Origin: a virus
Taxonomy: Duplodnaviria > Heunggongvirae > Uroviricota > Caudoviricetes
DNA: 64,000 bases
IMG/VR virus record: IMGVR_UViG_3300031992_000041
Span: 1-64,000 of that record
Reading direction: 5' to 3' (one strand)
A program made the translations under genes and the position numbers. Under the pieces are notes generated by a model that was not told the DNA's origin, did no database searches, and was given only the letters and a program-made list of their open reading frames with translations. Below, one piece after another: positions 36,973 through 47,335 of the stretch (position 1 is the first letter of the stretch; each line of letters starts with the position of its first letter).

Positions 36973-37167
36973 TTAATGATTACCTTCCACTTCTATGACC
37001 TCATGAGCCATGCCGATGAACGTCAGCCAGTCGCTTGCACGCTTCGCTTCTGCCTCGTCCATCTTCAGGCAGTACACGATGTCGTCGATAAATCTCGTAG
37101 GTCGGAGCCTGTACAGGTACTCCGTGCAGTTCTTCCTGGTGTTCCAGATCTTGATTGTCTTTGCCAT
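36973..37167 (-). CDS. hypothetical protein (64 aa)
   Basis: ORF track; CTAAAACAAGTAACGACTATGG context. Confidence 0.45.
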   Translation of the reverse strand: MAKTIKIWNTRKNCTEYLYRLRPTRFIDDIVYCLKMDEAEAKRASDWLTFIGMAHEVIEVEGNH

Positions 37168-37186
37168 AGTCGTTACTTGTTTTAGT

Positions 37187-37453
37187 TCATGCCCCTAAGT
37201 CGTCGAAATAATCCGTCCAGCGGTCTCTGCACCACGGATGGCTCTCCGGGAAGTACGGCCAGGCATGCCATTGCATACGCTGGTTGTCTGTGATGAAGCC
37301 GCAGTTGTACTTAGCGCCTGGATATGGCGAATCCTGCTCGCTTCTATACACTCTGCCTTTGGTGTAGGCTTCTTCAGACTTACCGCCTACACCTTTCCGG
37401 TTGACGGTCTTCTTGCACAGATACCTGTGTCCTTTGATGATTCTTGGTTCCAT
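37187..37453 (-). CDS. hypothetical protein (88 aa)
   Basis: ORF track; same start context. Confidence 0.45.
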   Translation of the reverse strand: MEPRIIKGHRYLCKKTVNRKGVGGKSEEAYTKGRVYRSEQDSPYPGAKYNCGFITDNQRMQWHAWPYFPESHPWCRDRWTDYFDDLGA

Positions 37454-37621
37454 AGTCGTTACTTGTTTTAGTTTATGCCACTCTCTTGTATCTCTCCCGT
37501 GAATAGTACGGCGTGTGCCAGTTCGTGCGCCACACCGCCTTGCGCTTGCCGGGCGGCACGATGGCCTTGCTCAGCACGTCTAACAGTTCCCGCATCTCAT
37601 TGTCCATAACTGTGATGTTTT

Positions 37622-37852
37622 TCAACGCTTGTCAATCCATGCCGTCACACCGTTGTAGATGCAACGGTCGTTCTGGCTCAGTGAGTTCACGAAGTCCCTG
37701 TCGACGCGCTGCCCGCCCATATACCCGAAGCCGGACAGCAGGCATTGCCGCACCTTCGTCATGCAGTCAATTACGCCGTGGCGCATGCTCCACTTTTTCA
37801 TTACAGGGTTTTCAACTTTGTATTTCAAGCTGGCGATTTGTTGATTGCCCAT
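37622..37852 (-). CDS. hypothetical protein (start at MGNQQIASL)
   Basis: ATG (rc) 37850-37852 preceded by AAACGAATACGAACT. Confidence 0.4.
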   Translation of the reverse strand: MGNQQIASLKYKVENPVMKKWSMRHGVIDCMTKVRQCLLSGFGYMGGQRVDRDFVNSLSQNDRCIYNGVTAWIDKR

Positions 37853-37865
37853 AGTTCGTATTCGT

Positions 37866-38456
37866 TTAATTCGTAGTCTTCTTCCATTCGCAATACACAT
37901 ACTGCATGAGTCGCTCGGCCCACTTACTGTCGAGTTCCCTGTAGAACTTCATCCATGCTCCCATCGTGTCGTCGTGGCAGACATCGCATAGGTGAGAGAA
38001 CTTCGAGCAAAAGTGCTGGTAGAGATAGTGCTGCTTCGAGCCCACCATCCAGAGTATCACCTCTTCGTAGGGCGGGTGGTTGTAGCAGAAGCCTGCCCAG
38101 CGGTCCATCATAGCCGTGAGTTGCTTCACGTCCGGCTTATCCTCCTGCTTCCGCTCGATGTCCTTGGCGAACTGGTCGAGGGTGTAGATGCCATCGACGG
38201 TGTGGCCGTGGTCGAAGAAGGCGTGGAACACTCCTGCATTGAACATGAACTCGTACTTACGGATGGCCTTGCTGCCGTCCATGGCGATCACGTCGATGGG
38301 GAACAGCCCGCCGCCCTTGTCTATCAGCACTTCGGGATAGTCCTCGTGCCAGAACTGCTCCAGTGCATCCCAAACTTCGGGTGCCTCGTCATACTGGAAG
38401 ATGAATACCTCGCCGTCAACCACGGCCTTCAGAATGTAATTCGCTGTTGTTGTCAT
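37866..38456 (-). CDS. hypothetical protein (196 aa)
   Basis: ORF track. Confidence 0.5.
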   Translation of the reverse strand: MTTTANYILKAVVDGEVFIFQYDEAPEVWDALEQFWHEDYPEVLIDKGGGLFPIDVIAMDGSKAIRKYEFMFNAGVFHAFFDHGHTVDGIYTLDQFAKDIERKQEDKPDVKQLTAMMDRWAGFCYNHPPYEEVILWMVGSKQHYLYQHFCSKFSHLCDVCHDDTMGAWMKFYRELDSKWAERLMQYVYCEWKKTTN

Positions 38457-38550
38457 AGTCGTAAAGTTTAAATTCGATTTGTTTTGTTTATGACTCCCGA
38501 TTTCGTAGGATTCTCACGAAAAGTGGGGTGTAAATGTGATTTTTTCTCGT

Positions 38551-38898
38551 TTACGCCACCTCTGCCACATACACCGGCAGGCCGGAGGCGGTCATAATTG
38601 TGCGCCAGCGGCGGTTGAGTATATCTATCTTCATCCGCAGTGTGCGGTAGGTGGTCTTGATTTCTGTGCGCTTCAGCAGTTTGTTCTTCACTCGCTGGCG
38701 CACTTCCACCATGACCGAACTGATGCCGTCCGTATCGGCGCCCTTGATGCCGTACCAGTAGCGTGGCAGTTTCCCGAAGGCACCATGCATGCGGTCATGC
38801 TCCACCAGTGTCTTCACCTCCTTCAGTATGCGCTCGCCGTCGGCGGGTGTCTCGTCAGCAAAGCCGATGTTTACTTTCCATTTCTTTTCCTGTGCCAT
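38551..38898 (-). CDS. hypothetical protein (115 aa)
   Basis: ORF track. Confidence 0.5.
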   Translation of the reverse strand: MAQEKKWKVNIGFADETPADGERILKEVKTLVEHDRMHGAFGKLPRYWYGIKGADTDGISSVMVEVRQRVKNKLLKRTEIKTTYRTLRMKIDILNRRWRTIMTASGLPVYVAEVA

Positions 38899-38911
38899 AG
38901 TCGTATTCGGT

Positions 38912-39670
38912 TTAGTGTTTTTTGTTTCTCTCGATTTCTCGCTGCTCTGCCTTGTTAGCCCATCGGCACAGTGGAATGTCGTTCCTGCCCGTTGCCTCCT
39001 TAATCAGTCCAATACCAAGGCGCATATTATAGTGTTCCTCCACAAAGTCCGTGAGTGGCTTGCGGTCACGGTAGCAGCCGGTGCCTATGTCGTTCAGGTC
39101 GGTGCGACGGTTGGGGATAGCCAGACGGCCTGCCACACCTCTCAGCACGTCCCACTTGCACTTGTAGAGGTTCTTGCGCTTTGTGGTGGCCATCGCAACA
39201 AGTGCGTCCGTCACGTCGGTGTTGGAGTAGGTGTCCCAGTAGAGCTGCCGCTCGTCCTCTTCCGACGTGGTGACGATCACGTCGCCGTAGTTGTCAGTCC
39301 AGCGGTACTTGCACGATTGCATACCACGGAACGCGGCTTCCAGTGCCTCGATGTCTTCCGGCTTCACCTCGCCGCTGATATCCTGCGGATGACAATACAG
39401 ATACTGCGACCCTTTCGTCAGCTCAGGACATTCGCCTGGTCCGTAACTCTCCTTGCGGAGCACCCAGCCTCTTGCCAATAGCAGCTGCACCACCTCGTTG
39501 TCGAATGCGGCCACAGCCTTTTCTTCTGCCTCTCGTGCCTCCTGGCTATAATCGTTCAGTGCCACGACGTAATCGCGGATGTCAATGCGGAAGTAGACGT
39601 CAGCCAATACCTCACGTCCGAATCCCTCATAATGCTTAACCTGTGGTCTCATGTCGATTGTTGTAATCAT
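38912..39670 (-). CDS. hypothetical protein (252 aa)
   Basis: ORF track. Confidence 0.5.
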   Translation of the reverse strand: MITTIDMRPQVKHYEGFGREVLADVYFRIDIRDYVVALNDYSQEAREAEEKAVAAFDNEVVQLLLARGWVLRKESYGPGECPELTKGSQYLYCHPQDISGEVKPEDIEALEAAFRGMQSCKYRWTDNYGDVIVTTSEEDERQLYWDTYSNTDVTDALVAMATTKRKNLYKCKWDVLRGVAGRLAIPNRRTDLNDIGTGCYRDRKPLTDFVEEHYNMRLGIGLIKEATGRNDIPLCRWANKAEQREIERNKKH

Positions 39671-39684
39671 AGTCGTATATGTTT

Positions 39685-39981
39685 TTAATGTTTCAAAATA
39701 AATCTTCTACAGTCAATTGCCGTGTCTCTCCACGAGCTAACCTTTGTGGGTTTCGGTCTTTCTGAATGATACCATGCCACAAGGTGATGTCTCGCATAGT
39801 TGGCGTGACCTGTATCATACCCGTCGTGAATGGCATTGTCTATCATCGTGAGCATGTAGCCGTTGGGGTTCGGTAGCCTCCAGTTTCCCCACGACTTTGC
39901 ATTGATTTTCTCGTCGATGGTCAGGTCTTTATAGAACTCAGACCACGGACCGATCACTAATGGTTTTGCATACTTTGCCAT
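39685..39981 (-). CDS. hypothetical protein (start at MAKYAKPL)
   Basis: ATG (rc) 39979-39981 preceded by CTAAAACGAATACGAACT. Confidence 0.45.
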   Translation of the reverse strand: MAKYAKPLVIGPWSEFYKDLTIDEKINAKSWGNWRLPNPNGYMLTMIDNAIHDGYDTGHANYARHHLVAWYHSERPKPTKVSSWRDTAIDCRRFILKH

Positions 39982-40003
39982 AGTTCGTATTCGTTTTAGT
40001 TTG

Positions 40004-40585
40004 TTACTCGATAATAGAAAACACGTCGCCGTCGCCTTCAAGGTCTCTCCAGCGAAACTCCAGCCAGTTACGGTCTTCCTCCATGATGCCGTTACCCTTG
40101 TCACGCACGCCGAACCTCATGCTGCTGATTTCGGACACATGGCGCAGAGAGATATGCTTTGCAAAGATCTTGGCTTTTCTCATGGCCTCGCGCTTATCGT
40201 CGCCTGTGAAGTCGACTATGATATCGCGCAATTCCTGAACAGTCATGCCGTACTTCCGCCTGTCGGTGGCGGTTGGCACATCGACTTCTTTCGCCTCCAG
40301 CTTTACTTGCACCTTGTAGCCGTCGTATGCTGAACTGCTGACGATATACAAATCCATGCCTCGCTGCTCTTCCACGTCATACTTACAGTCCTCATCACGG
40401 CTGTCTTCGTTCTCGTCCCACTGGCTGCCCCATTCACACTCATCGTATGCCAGATTGCAGTCGCTTTCAAACTGCTTGCGAGCTTCCGCTTCATCCGTGA
40501 ATGTCTTAACATCGCTGTACAGATAGTCGTCACCGTCGGCGTAGCTGCACCAACTCAAAATAAAAATCGTTGCCTTCATAATCAT
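40004..40585 (-). CDS. putative secreted/lipoprotein (193 aa, acidic)
   Basis: N-terminal signal-like MIMKATIFILSWCSYADG. Confidence 0.5.
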   Translation of the reverse strand: MIMKATIFILSWCSYADGDDYLYSDVKTFTDEAEARKQFESDCNLAYDECEWGSQWDENEDSRDEDCKYDVEEQRGMDLYIVSSSAYDGYKVQVKLEAKEVDVPTATDRRKYGMTVQELRDIIVDFTGDDKREAMRKAKIFAKHISLRHVSEISSMRFGVRDKGNGIMEEDRNWLEFRWRDLEGDGDVFSIIE

Positions 40586-40619
40586 TTTTTCTTGTAAAAT
40601 TCTTGTAACTTTTGTTATC

Positions 40620-40952
40620 TTACGCTGCTTCGTTGAGTGTCCACTCTTCGAGGTTCAGGTTCTCTTCAAGTGTGGGCGTTTGATTATTGTCGAAGAAATA
40701 GTCGAGCCAGCTTTCTATCTGTTTCTCGCGGGCTTCCTCCAGTTCTTTCTTTACCCACTTGCCAAAGCACTTACGCACATCCCACTCTGCAGGGTCGAAG
40801 TCGTTGCACTCATGGGTAATTCTGCGAAGTTCGCTACGCACAGTCTCGCTCAGTGCTTCGTCGTTGTTGAATACACCTATCAGTTCCATGCTGCCGGTGC
40901 TCATCCACTGGTCGCTCCTGTATAGCAGGAACACGCTGTCGTTCTCTTCCAT
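40620..40952 (-). CDS. hypothetical protein (110 aa)
   Basis: ORF track; TTAAAACGAATACGACTATGG context. Confidence 0.5.
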   Translation of the reverse strand: MEENDSVFLLYRSDQWMSTGSMELIGVFNNDEALSETVRSELRRITHECNDFDPAEWDVRKCFGKWVKKELEEAREKQIESWLDYFFDNNQTPTLEENLNLEEWTLNEAA

Positions 40953-41004
40953 AGTCGTATTCGTTTTAATTATTCGTGAAATTGGTAGTCGTTAAGGAAG
41001 GAAA

Positions 41005-44000
41005 TCAGGCGGCTTCGCGGAAGTCGTCTGATTTCTTGTCCTTGTTGAGCTCGCTGTTGATCTTGCGGTCGAGGATCGCCAGGTCGCCGCGCAACTTCTG
41101 CAGGTCGGCCTCCCTGCCCCACTCTATGCCGAGGATGCTGTCGAGTTGGGCGATGCTCTCGCTGTTGCGCTGCATCAGCCGCTTCCACCCGTCGATGCGC
41201 TCCGGTATGGCCATCAGCGCCTTCAGCGGGAACTCCGCAGAGGTGCGGGCACTGGCATGGTTCAGGTAGCCGTCGTTCCACGTGTGCTTCACGCTGCCCG
41301 TGCCCTCCACGCTGAACCTGTTCTCATGCACCATCCTTCCGTCGCCGTCCATATAGGTCCTCACCGTACGGATGAGCAGTCTGAAACCGTAGATGCTGCC
41401 CACGGGGATGTGGGCGTCGCTGGTATCGACGTTCCTGTCGAGTTGCAGCAGGCGCTCGCCGATAGCCTTCTTCCACTCGTCGCTGTCAGGCTCCATATCC
41501 TCAGGCACCGTGAAGCCGTCGATGACGATGTCGTTAGCCACGAAGCCGTCCTTGTCGGCACGCTTGCGCTCCAGAAACAGGTCGTAGTCGGCCTGTGCGT
41601 CCTTGCAGTGCCGGGCATACAACTCGTTCTGCTTCTGCAGCGTGCTGCGCTTGTCCTCCTGCTCACGCTTGTCACGGTAGAAATTCTTCTTCTCGCTCTC
41701 CAGGGCGGCGATCTTCTTCTCCAACTTGGCACGCTCCAGCAGGTCGGTGTTGCCTGACAGGATGGCCATGTACTCGGAGAAGTTCATGCCGGTGTTCTCG
41801 TCGAACGAGCCCTCGTCCAGCGTGCGGATGTCGAGTTGTCCGCGCTTCAGTTGGTTGATGAACGTCTGCTTGCAGTGCAGCAGGTTGAACTTGTAACTGT
41901 CAAGGCTCCGCTCCACGGCATAGATTATAATATCTACCTTGTTGTCGGCAAAGTCACGGGCAATCTCGTTACCCTTGCGGATGGCACGGCCGTCGCGCTG
42001 CTCCAGGTCGCTGGGTCGCCACGGCGTGTCGAGGTGATGCACCGCCACCACCCTCTCCTGGGCGTTGACGCCCGTGCCGAGCATGCTGGTCGAGCCGAAC
42101 AGCACCCTCACCTTGCCGTCGTTGACATCCTTGATGAGCGCCTGCTTCTTCGAGTCGCACTTGCACTCCTGGATGAAGCGTATCTCCCTGGCGGGGATGC
42201 CGTAGTCGTCCGTGAGCTTGCGCTTGATCTCCTCATAGACGTTCCACTTGCCGTCGCCCTGATAGGTTGAGAGGTCGCTGAACACCAACTGCGTGCCCTT
42301 CTGCTCGTCGTACTGGTCGTAGTAGCGCTTGATGAGCTGTGCGCACTTGCTGGCCTTGCTCCTCGGGTGGTCTGCATAGCCGGCATCAATCAGACGCATG
42401 TCGAGCGACATCTTGCGTGCCATGTCGGTGGCATAGAGCATCTTCGCCTTCTGCTGCTTGTCCGTCGGATTATTGATGCCTATCAGCGAGAAGTCGCCGC
42501 TCTGTGCGAACTTCATCAGCCGCTTGATAAATTCCTCCTGATCGGGGGTGGGCTTGATGTTCAGCAGCATGGCGTGCTTCGCCGGACGCTCGATGCCCAC
42601 GTCCTCCGCCGTGCGGAAGTCCGTTATCTCGTTGTAGAACATCGCCAACTCAGGCACCTTGATGAAATAGCGGAAGCGCTCCTTCAGCACGATCTGGTTG
42701 GTGATCGAGAACTCGAACTCCTGGCTCTTCTTGGTGAAGATGGCAGCCCATGCGTCAAAGCAGGTGATGCCCTGCTTGGCAAGCGCCTTCGGACGCAGAT
42801 AGCGGAACAGCGAGTACAGTTCCGTCAGCGAGTTAGTCACCGTGGTACCGCTCAGGAACGTCGCCCCGAGGTCACGCCCCGTCTTCTGCTGGATGGTGCG
42901 AATGGCCATCAGCAGGTTATAGGCACGCTTGCTTCCCTCGGTGTTGCCCATGCCTGCCACACGGTCGTGGCGGCTGCTGAAGCCGAGGTTCTTGAACTGG
43001 TGCGACTCATCCACGAAGATATGGTCGATGCCCAGCAGGTCGAAGTCCGTCACGTCGTCCTTCTTCTTGCGGATATCGTTCTGCAGGCCGAGGATTTTCG
43101 CCTCCATGTTACGCTTGCGCTGCTCCAGGCCGCGGCGCACACGGCTCGACATCTGATAGCCCCAGCCGTTGATGGCCTTCAGGCTTTCCTCTATCTGAGC
43201 CACCTCCTCACGCATCAGTTCCATCTGCACACGGTCGCTCTGCGGTATGCGTCCGAACTGGTCGTGGCTCATGATCACGCAGTCCCAGTCGTTGTTCTTC
43301 ATGCGGTTGAAGAAGTCGATGCGGTTCTGACCGCTGTAGTCGGCCTCACGGGCAAAGAGTATCTTTGCCTCAGGGTATGCAGTCCTGTAGGTCTCTGCGA
43401 TGGCACTGACGTTAGCCTTCAGCCCGATAATCATCGGCTTGTGGCACATGCCCAGCCGCTTCATCTCATGGGCTGCCATACACATGATGAGCGTCTTGCC
43501 TGCGCCTACCTCGTGGTCGCAGATGCCGCCGCCGTTCAGCAGCAGCATCCACACGCAGTCCTTCTGACTCTGGTAGATGCTCCTGATGCCGTACTTCTTC
43601 TCCAGCCCCTTCAGGTCGATGCCGGGGAAGGTCTGGTGCGAGCCGTCATACTTCGGCTTCACGAAGCAGTTGAACTTGCGGTTGTACACATCGGCCAGAT
43701 GCTCCTTGAACTCACGGCTCTGGCGCTGCAGCCAGTCGGCATAGCCCTGGCGTATCTCCTCCACCTTGGTATTGGCCAACTGCGTCTTCTCGGGGTCTTC
43801 CTCCTTCAGGTAGTCGCCACGGTCGTTCTGCATCTTACACCCTCTGGAGTCACGGATATAGCGCATCATCTTCGGACAGGTGTTCTGCAGGGCATGCACC
43901 AGCAGGTCCATGCCGTCGAGGTCGGTCACCTCGCTCCTCACGGCATACTGCGTGTATATCTTCTGGTTGCCTCGGTCGTTCTCGACGGCGTACTGGTCGA

Positions 44001-46008
44001 TGAGCGGCTGGTACTTCACGGTGATCTCCACCTTGCCGCCCATCCATGAGCGGTCGGGGTTCTCCGGCATGGAGAAGAACTCCGAGGCAAAGTCACCATA
44101 GACCTTCGGGTCCACCCAGCGCTCGCCGAGGTTGAAGTCCAGGTCCTCGAAGGGGATGGGCGTAGGGATGGCAGCCCGCATGGCCTCTATCGACCGCTTC
44201 ACACGAAGGGAAGAATCATGGGGACTGGAATCATGGGGACTGGCTCCCTGATGCGTAGCTTGCGGAGAATCAGGTGCCTGTCCCCGTGATTCTTCCGGAT
44301 ACATCCGCTCTATCGCTTCTATCTTCTCAATCACATTCCCGCAGATGAACTTCGCCTTGATCTCGTACTCACCGTTCAGGGGGTTATAGAACACCTCACC
44401 GTCGAGTGCCTCCAGCAACTCGTCCTCGTCCATGCCGGTCATAGCCGTCATGTACTTCATGTCGGGCCTGCCGTAGTCGTTCAGGCTCTGTGCCAGCGCC
44501 TCCTGCGGCGTGTCTGCGCCGTGCAGTTCCTCGGTCGAGAAGGCGATAGGGCGCAGCATGATGTCGGCCTTCTGCCAGCATCCCTGCTCGTCGCGTATCT
44601 CCAGGGCAAGAAGATCTTGCAGGTTCAGCTTCTTGATAACCCTTACATTCACCTCCTTGTTCAGACAGCCGAACTTCTCAACGAAACCGTCGTAGGTGTC
44701 GTTCAGGCGCTTGCGGCAGTCGGCGTTCTCCTCCTGCTCCTTCTGCTCATAGTCGTACAACTCATGGTAGTGATAATTGATGGCGGTCAGGTACATGAAT
44801 CTCTCCGAGGTCTCCGCATCCATCTCCGGCTCCTCTTTCTTCTCTGCCTTTGCCTTCTTCTGTGACCTGTTTTCAAATAGGGTCACGTCGCAGTTGTTCT
44901 TCATGTCCTCTGCCAGCACCTTCGCCATGTCGGCTGCGATGCCGCTTACGCCGTCGCGGTGCATATAGACGAAAGCCCGCTTGCCATAGGCATCAGTATC
45001 TACCGTCCACGCCGTTGATATCACATGGTCGGGATAGCACTGGAAGTACATGTTCGTCGGGCAGCCGCCGTCCTCATAGGTTGTCAGCAGCATGCTCTCG
45101 TCGGCAGTGAGGCCTGCCCTGCCCTCTTCCTTCTGCAGCACCAGCAGGTCGGTACCCACCTCCGTGCCGCTCTCCTTGAACAGGTTGTTGGCCAGACGGT
45201 ATGCACCGATGAGCCTTGCGCTCTTCAGCGCCTCTGCCAACTGGTCGCTGTCGCGGTTCAGGTAGTTCGATGTGATGATGTAAGCCTCGATGCCGCCGTT
45301 CTTCAGGCAGTCGAGACCCTTCAACACATAGTAGCGGTGTATCATCTTCGCAGCGTCGCGTCTCACCGCGTCCTTGCTGTTGGTATAGGCATCATCAAAC
45401 ACGCTGATGTTTCCGAACGGCACGTTCGTTGCCACCAGATCATACATGCCGAGTTCATCCTTCGGGAAGTTCTCAAAGCCGTCGCAATAAACGAACGCCT
45501 TGTCGTTCATCTTCGCCTTCAGCATCATAGCCGTCAGGATATCCTTCTCAAAAGCTGTTGCGTGTTTAGCACCACTTCCAAGTTTCATAAACACACCCAT
45601 GCCAGAGGCAGGGTCGAGAAAATTTCCGATATTCACAACACCAACTGCGTAAAGCGCAGCGTTAATGGCGTTCACAATACCCTCCGGCGTATAGTATGCC
45701 GTCAGCGTGCTTGCCTTCAGGCTCTCCACCCATGCGTCATACTCACGCTCGCTGCTGCTTGCGCCTCTCAGCAGCGTATGCAGTTCGATCGTGTCGTCCA
45801 CATATATCTGGTCGCTCTTGCTCCAGGGGCGGTCCAGCGGGTTTAGTACGAACGTCATGCCGCCGAATCCCGTGTACTTGTTCAGCACACTCTTGTCGCC
45901 CTCGCCCGTCAGGGCATACTTCAATGCCGCGATATTGTCGCGTAAACGTTGTAACTTACTCATGTTGCTATCGTGTTTTAATTGTTTATAGTTTGTTACA
46001 AAACTCAA
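41005..46008 (-). CDS. N6-adenine methyltransferase-SNF2/DExH helicase fusion (P1 DarB-like antirestriction candidate)
   Basis: 1667 aa; N-terminal methyltransferase-like (AYYTPEG…, DPASGMG, ATNVPFG); helicase motifs GAGKT (I), DESHQFKN (II), …LEQRDGRAIRKGN (VI). Confidence 0.8.
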   Translation of the reverse strand: MSFVTNYKQLKHDSNMSKLQRLRDNIAALKYALTGEGDKSVLNKYTGFGGMTFVLNPLDRPWSKSDQIYVDDTIELHTLLRGASSSEREYDAWVESLKASTLTAYYTPEGIVNAINAALYAVGVVNIGNFLDPASGMGVFMKLGSGAKHATAFEKDILTAMMLKAKMNDKAFVYCDGFENFPKDELGMYDLVATNVPFGNISVFDDAYTNSKDAVRRDAAKMIHRYYVLKGLDCLKNGGIEAYIITSNYLNRDSDQLAEALKSARLIGAYRLANNLFKESGTEVGTDLLVLQKEEGRAGLTADESMLLTTYEDGGCPTNMYFQCYPDHVISTAWTVDTDAYGKRAFVYMHRDGVSGIAADMAKVLAEDMKNNCDVTLFENRSQKKAKAEKKEEPEMDAETSERFMYLTAINYHYHELYDYEQKEQEENADCRKRLNDTYDGFVEKFGCLNKEVNVRVIKKLNLQDLLALEIRDEQGCWQKADIMLRPIAFSTEELHGADTPQEALAQSLNDYGRPDMKYMTAMTGMDEDELLEALDGEVFYNPLNGEYEIKAKFICGNVIEKIEAIERMYPEESRGQAPDSPQATHQGASPHDSSPHDSSLRVKRSIEAMRAAIPTPIPFEDLDFNLGERWVDPKVYGDFASEFFSMPENPDRSWMGGKVEITVKYQPLIDQYAVENDRGNQKIYTQYAVRSEVTDLDGMDLLVHALQNTCPKMMRYIRDSRGCKMQNDRGDYLKEEDPEKTQLANTKVEEIRQGYADWLQRQSREFKEHLADVYNRKFNCFVKPKYDGSHQTFPGIDLKGLEKKYGIRSIYQSQKDCVWMLLLNGGGICDHEVGAGKTLIMCMAAHEMKRLGMCHKPMIIGLKANVSAIAETYRTAYPEAKILFAREADYSGQNRIDFFNRMKNNDWDCVIMSHDQFGRIPQSDRVQMELMREEVAQIEESLKAINGWGYQMSSRVRRGLEQRKRNMEAKILGLQNDIRKKKDDVTDFDLLGIDHIFVDESHQFKNLGFSSRHDRVAGMGNTEGSKRAYNLLMAIRTIQQKTGRDLGATFLSGTTVTNSLTELYSLFRYLRPKALAKQGITCFDAWAAIFTKKSQEFEFSITNQIVLKERFRYFIKVPELAMFYNEITDFRTAEDVGIERPAKHAMLLNIKPTPDQEEFIKRLMKFAQSGDFSLIGINNPTDKQQKAKMLYATDMARKMSLDMRLIDAGYADHPRSKASKCAQLIKRYYDQYDEQKGTQLVFSDLSTYQGDGKWNVYEEIKRKLTDDYGIPAREIRFIQECKCDSKKQALIKDVNDGKVRVLFGSTSMLGTGVNAQERVVAVHHLDTPWRPSDLEQRDGRAIRKGNEIARDFADNKVDIIIYAVERSLDSYKFNLLHCKQTFINQLKRGQLDIRTLDEGSFDENTGMNFSEYMAILSGNTDLLERAKLEKKIAALESEKKNFYRDKREQEDKRSTLQKQNELYARHCKDAQADYDLFLERKRADKDGFVANDIVIDGFTVPEDMEPDSDEWKKAIGERLLQLDRNVDTSDAHIPVGSIYGFRLLIRTVRTYMDGDGRMVHENRFSVEGTGSVKHTWNDGYLNHASARTSAEFPLKALMAIPERIDGWKRLMQRNSESIAQLDSILGIEWGREADLQKLRGDLAILDRKINSELNKDKKSDDFREAA

Positions 46009-46237
46009 TGTTGCTGCTCTGCATAATCACCAGCGGTGACATGCGTAACACCTTGGCCACCTTGGCGGCCATCTCCGGCGTGACGTTACGTCTGCCGTTA
46101 AGCACCTTGCAGAAGTTCATGGGATGCTCGCCGATCGCTTCAGCCAGTTCCGCGTAACTCAACCCCCTGTACTTCATCACGGCCTCTATCAGCCGCCCTG
46201 TCGTCAGCATCTCATTCCCACGTCTTACATTTGCCAT
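45986..46237 (-). CDS. XRE/HigA-like HTH protein
   Basis: GLSYAELAEAIGEHPMNFCKVLNGRRNVTPEMAAKVAKVL. Confidence 0.7.
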   Translation of the reverse strand: MANVRRGNEMLTTGRLIEAVMKYRGLSYAELAEAIGEHPMNFCKVLNGRRNVTPEMAAKVAKVLRMSPLVIMQSSNIEFCNKL

Positions 46238-46250
46238 AGTCGTAATCGCT

Positions 46251-46490
46251 TTACTCCGTTATCAATGTCAGTGTACTCTCCTCGCGCATGCTGCCGTACA
46301 GGTCGCCCTTCTGGTCGATGGGCTTAATCTGGTAGCGCACTTGGGTATTGTTCTCATACTGCGGGTAGGAAGGCTTCTTGTAGCCCGGCTCCTTCAACGT
46401 ATTGTCGATTTCAAAACCAACAATCTCACCCACCCTATCCATGTCGAAGACCACCTTGTCCCCGATGCTGTACTTTGTTTCAATCTTCAT
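46251..46490 (-). CDS. hypothetical protein (79 aa)
   Basis: ORF track. Confidence 0.45.
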   Translation of the reverse strand: MKIETKYSIGDKVVFDMDRVGEIVGFEIDNTLKEPGYKKPSYPQYENNTQVRYQIKPIDQKGDLYGSMREESTLTLITE

Positions 46491-46503
46491 AGTCGTAATT
46501 GTT

Positions 46504-47082
46504 TTAGTCCTTCAAAATTGCACTCTCTGTCAAATAGGCTGTGTAGAGTTTGTTGTCCCGCAGCAGATTTGTCGTGTAAATAATCTCAGCAGGCTCATCT
46601 GGCTCCTGTTCTGCAAGGATGCCGGAAATAACCGTTTCAACCTCATTACCGTCTGGGGATATCCATTTCACCTTGTCGCGTATCTTTCTCTCAGAATAGA
46701 AGAGGTTGCCCGGCTCTTTCATTCGGATATCATGCTCACCCTCCACCTTCTCCGCTATCTGTTCGATGAGATAGCCGAAGTCCGTGATGTCGAGCAGGTC
46801 GTCCTCCTCCGTCCAAGGGTCAGGGTCATCGTCCACAACGAAAGAGCCGTGATTTTCCGTCCCTGTAAAACAGAGGATGCCATCGTCGTTTATCCACACC
46901 TTATCCACGCACAGGTCACGTGGCTCATAGTCGCACTCCGGCGACACCACAATGCGGCACAGGCTGCCGCCCTCAATCGTCTTCTCCGGCAGCAGTTCGA
47001 GCGCCGCCTTCACCTCTGCCACAATCATCTTGTTCAGCGCATCATGTATTGCGCTGTAGTCATGTCTGATAAATTTTGCCAT
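46504..47082 (-). CDS. hypothetical protein (192 aa)
   Basis: ORF track. Confidence 0.5.
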   Translation of the reverse strand: MAKFIRHDYSAIHDALNKMIVAEVKAALELLPEKTIEGGSLCRIVVSPECDYEPRDLCVDKVWINDDGILCFTGTENHGSFVVDDDPDPWTEEDDLLDITDFGYLIEQIAEKVEGEHDIRMKEPGNLFYSERKIRDKVKWISPDGNEVETVISGILAEQEPDEPAEIIYTTNLLRDNKLYTAYLTESAILKD

Positions 47083-47095
47083 AGCCGTAATCGTT

Positions 47096-47287
47096 TTAGA
47101 TTTCGTTTGAATTATAATACTCCTCGTTGGTCAGGAGCCACACCTTCAGACCAACAATCTTACCACCCTTCTTCACGAGCCTGGTTCTTGTATACTTCAG
47201 TCCCGTCTCGTCCTTCTTCTGCTGCACAATAGCCTTGTCCTCGCCTTTGCGGCACTGTTCTTCATTGAATTGTCCTACGTAAAACAT
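47096..47287 (-). CDS. hypothetical protein (63 aa)
   Basis: ORF track. Confidence 0.4.
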   Translation of the reverse strand: MFYVGQFNEEQCRKGEDKAIVQQKKDETGLKYTRTRLVKKGGKIVGLKVWLLTNEEYYNSNEI

Positions 47288-47335
47288 AATCTTTTCTCCT
47301 ATAGTTTTCAGTTTATTCTGAGTGAGGCGGCCATA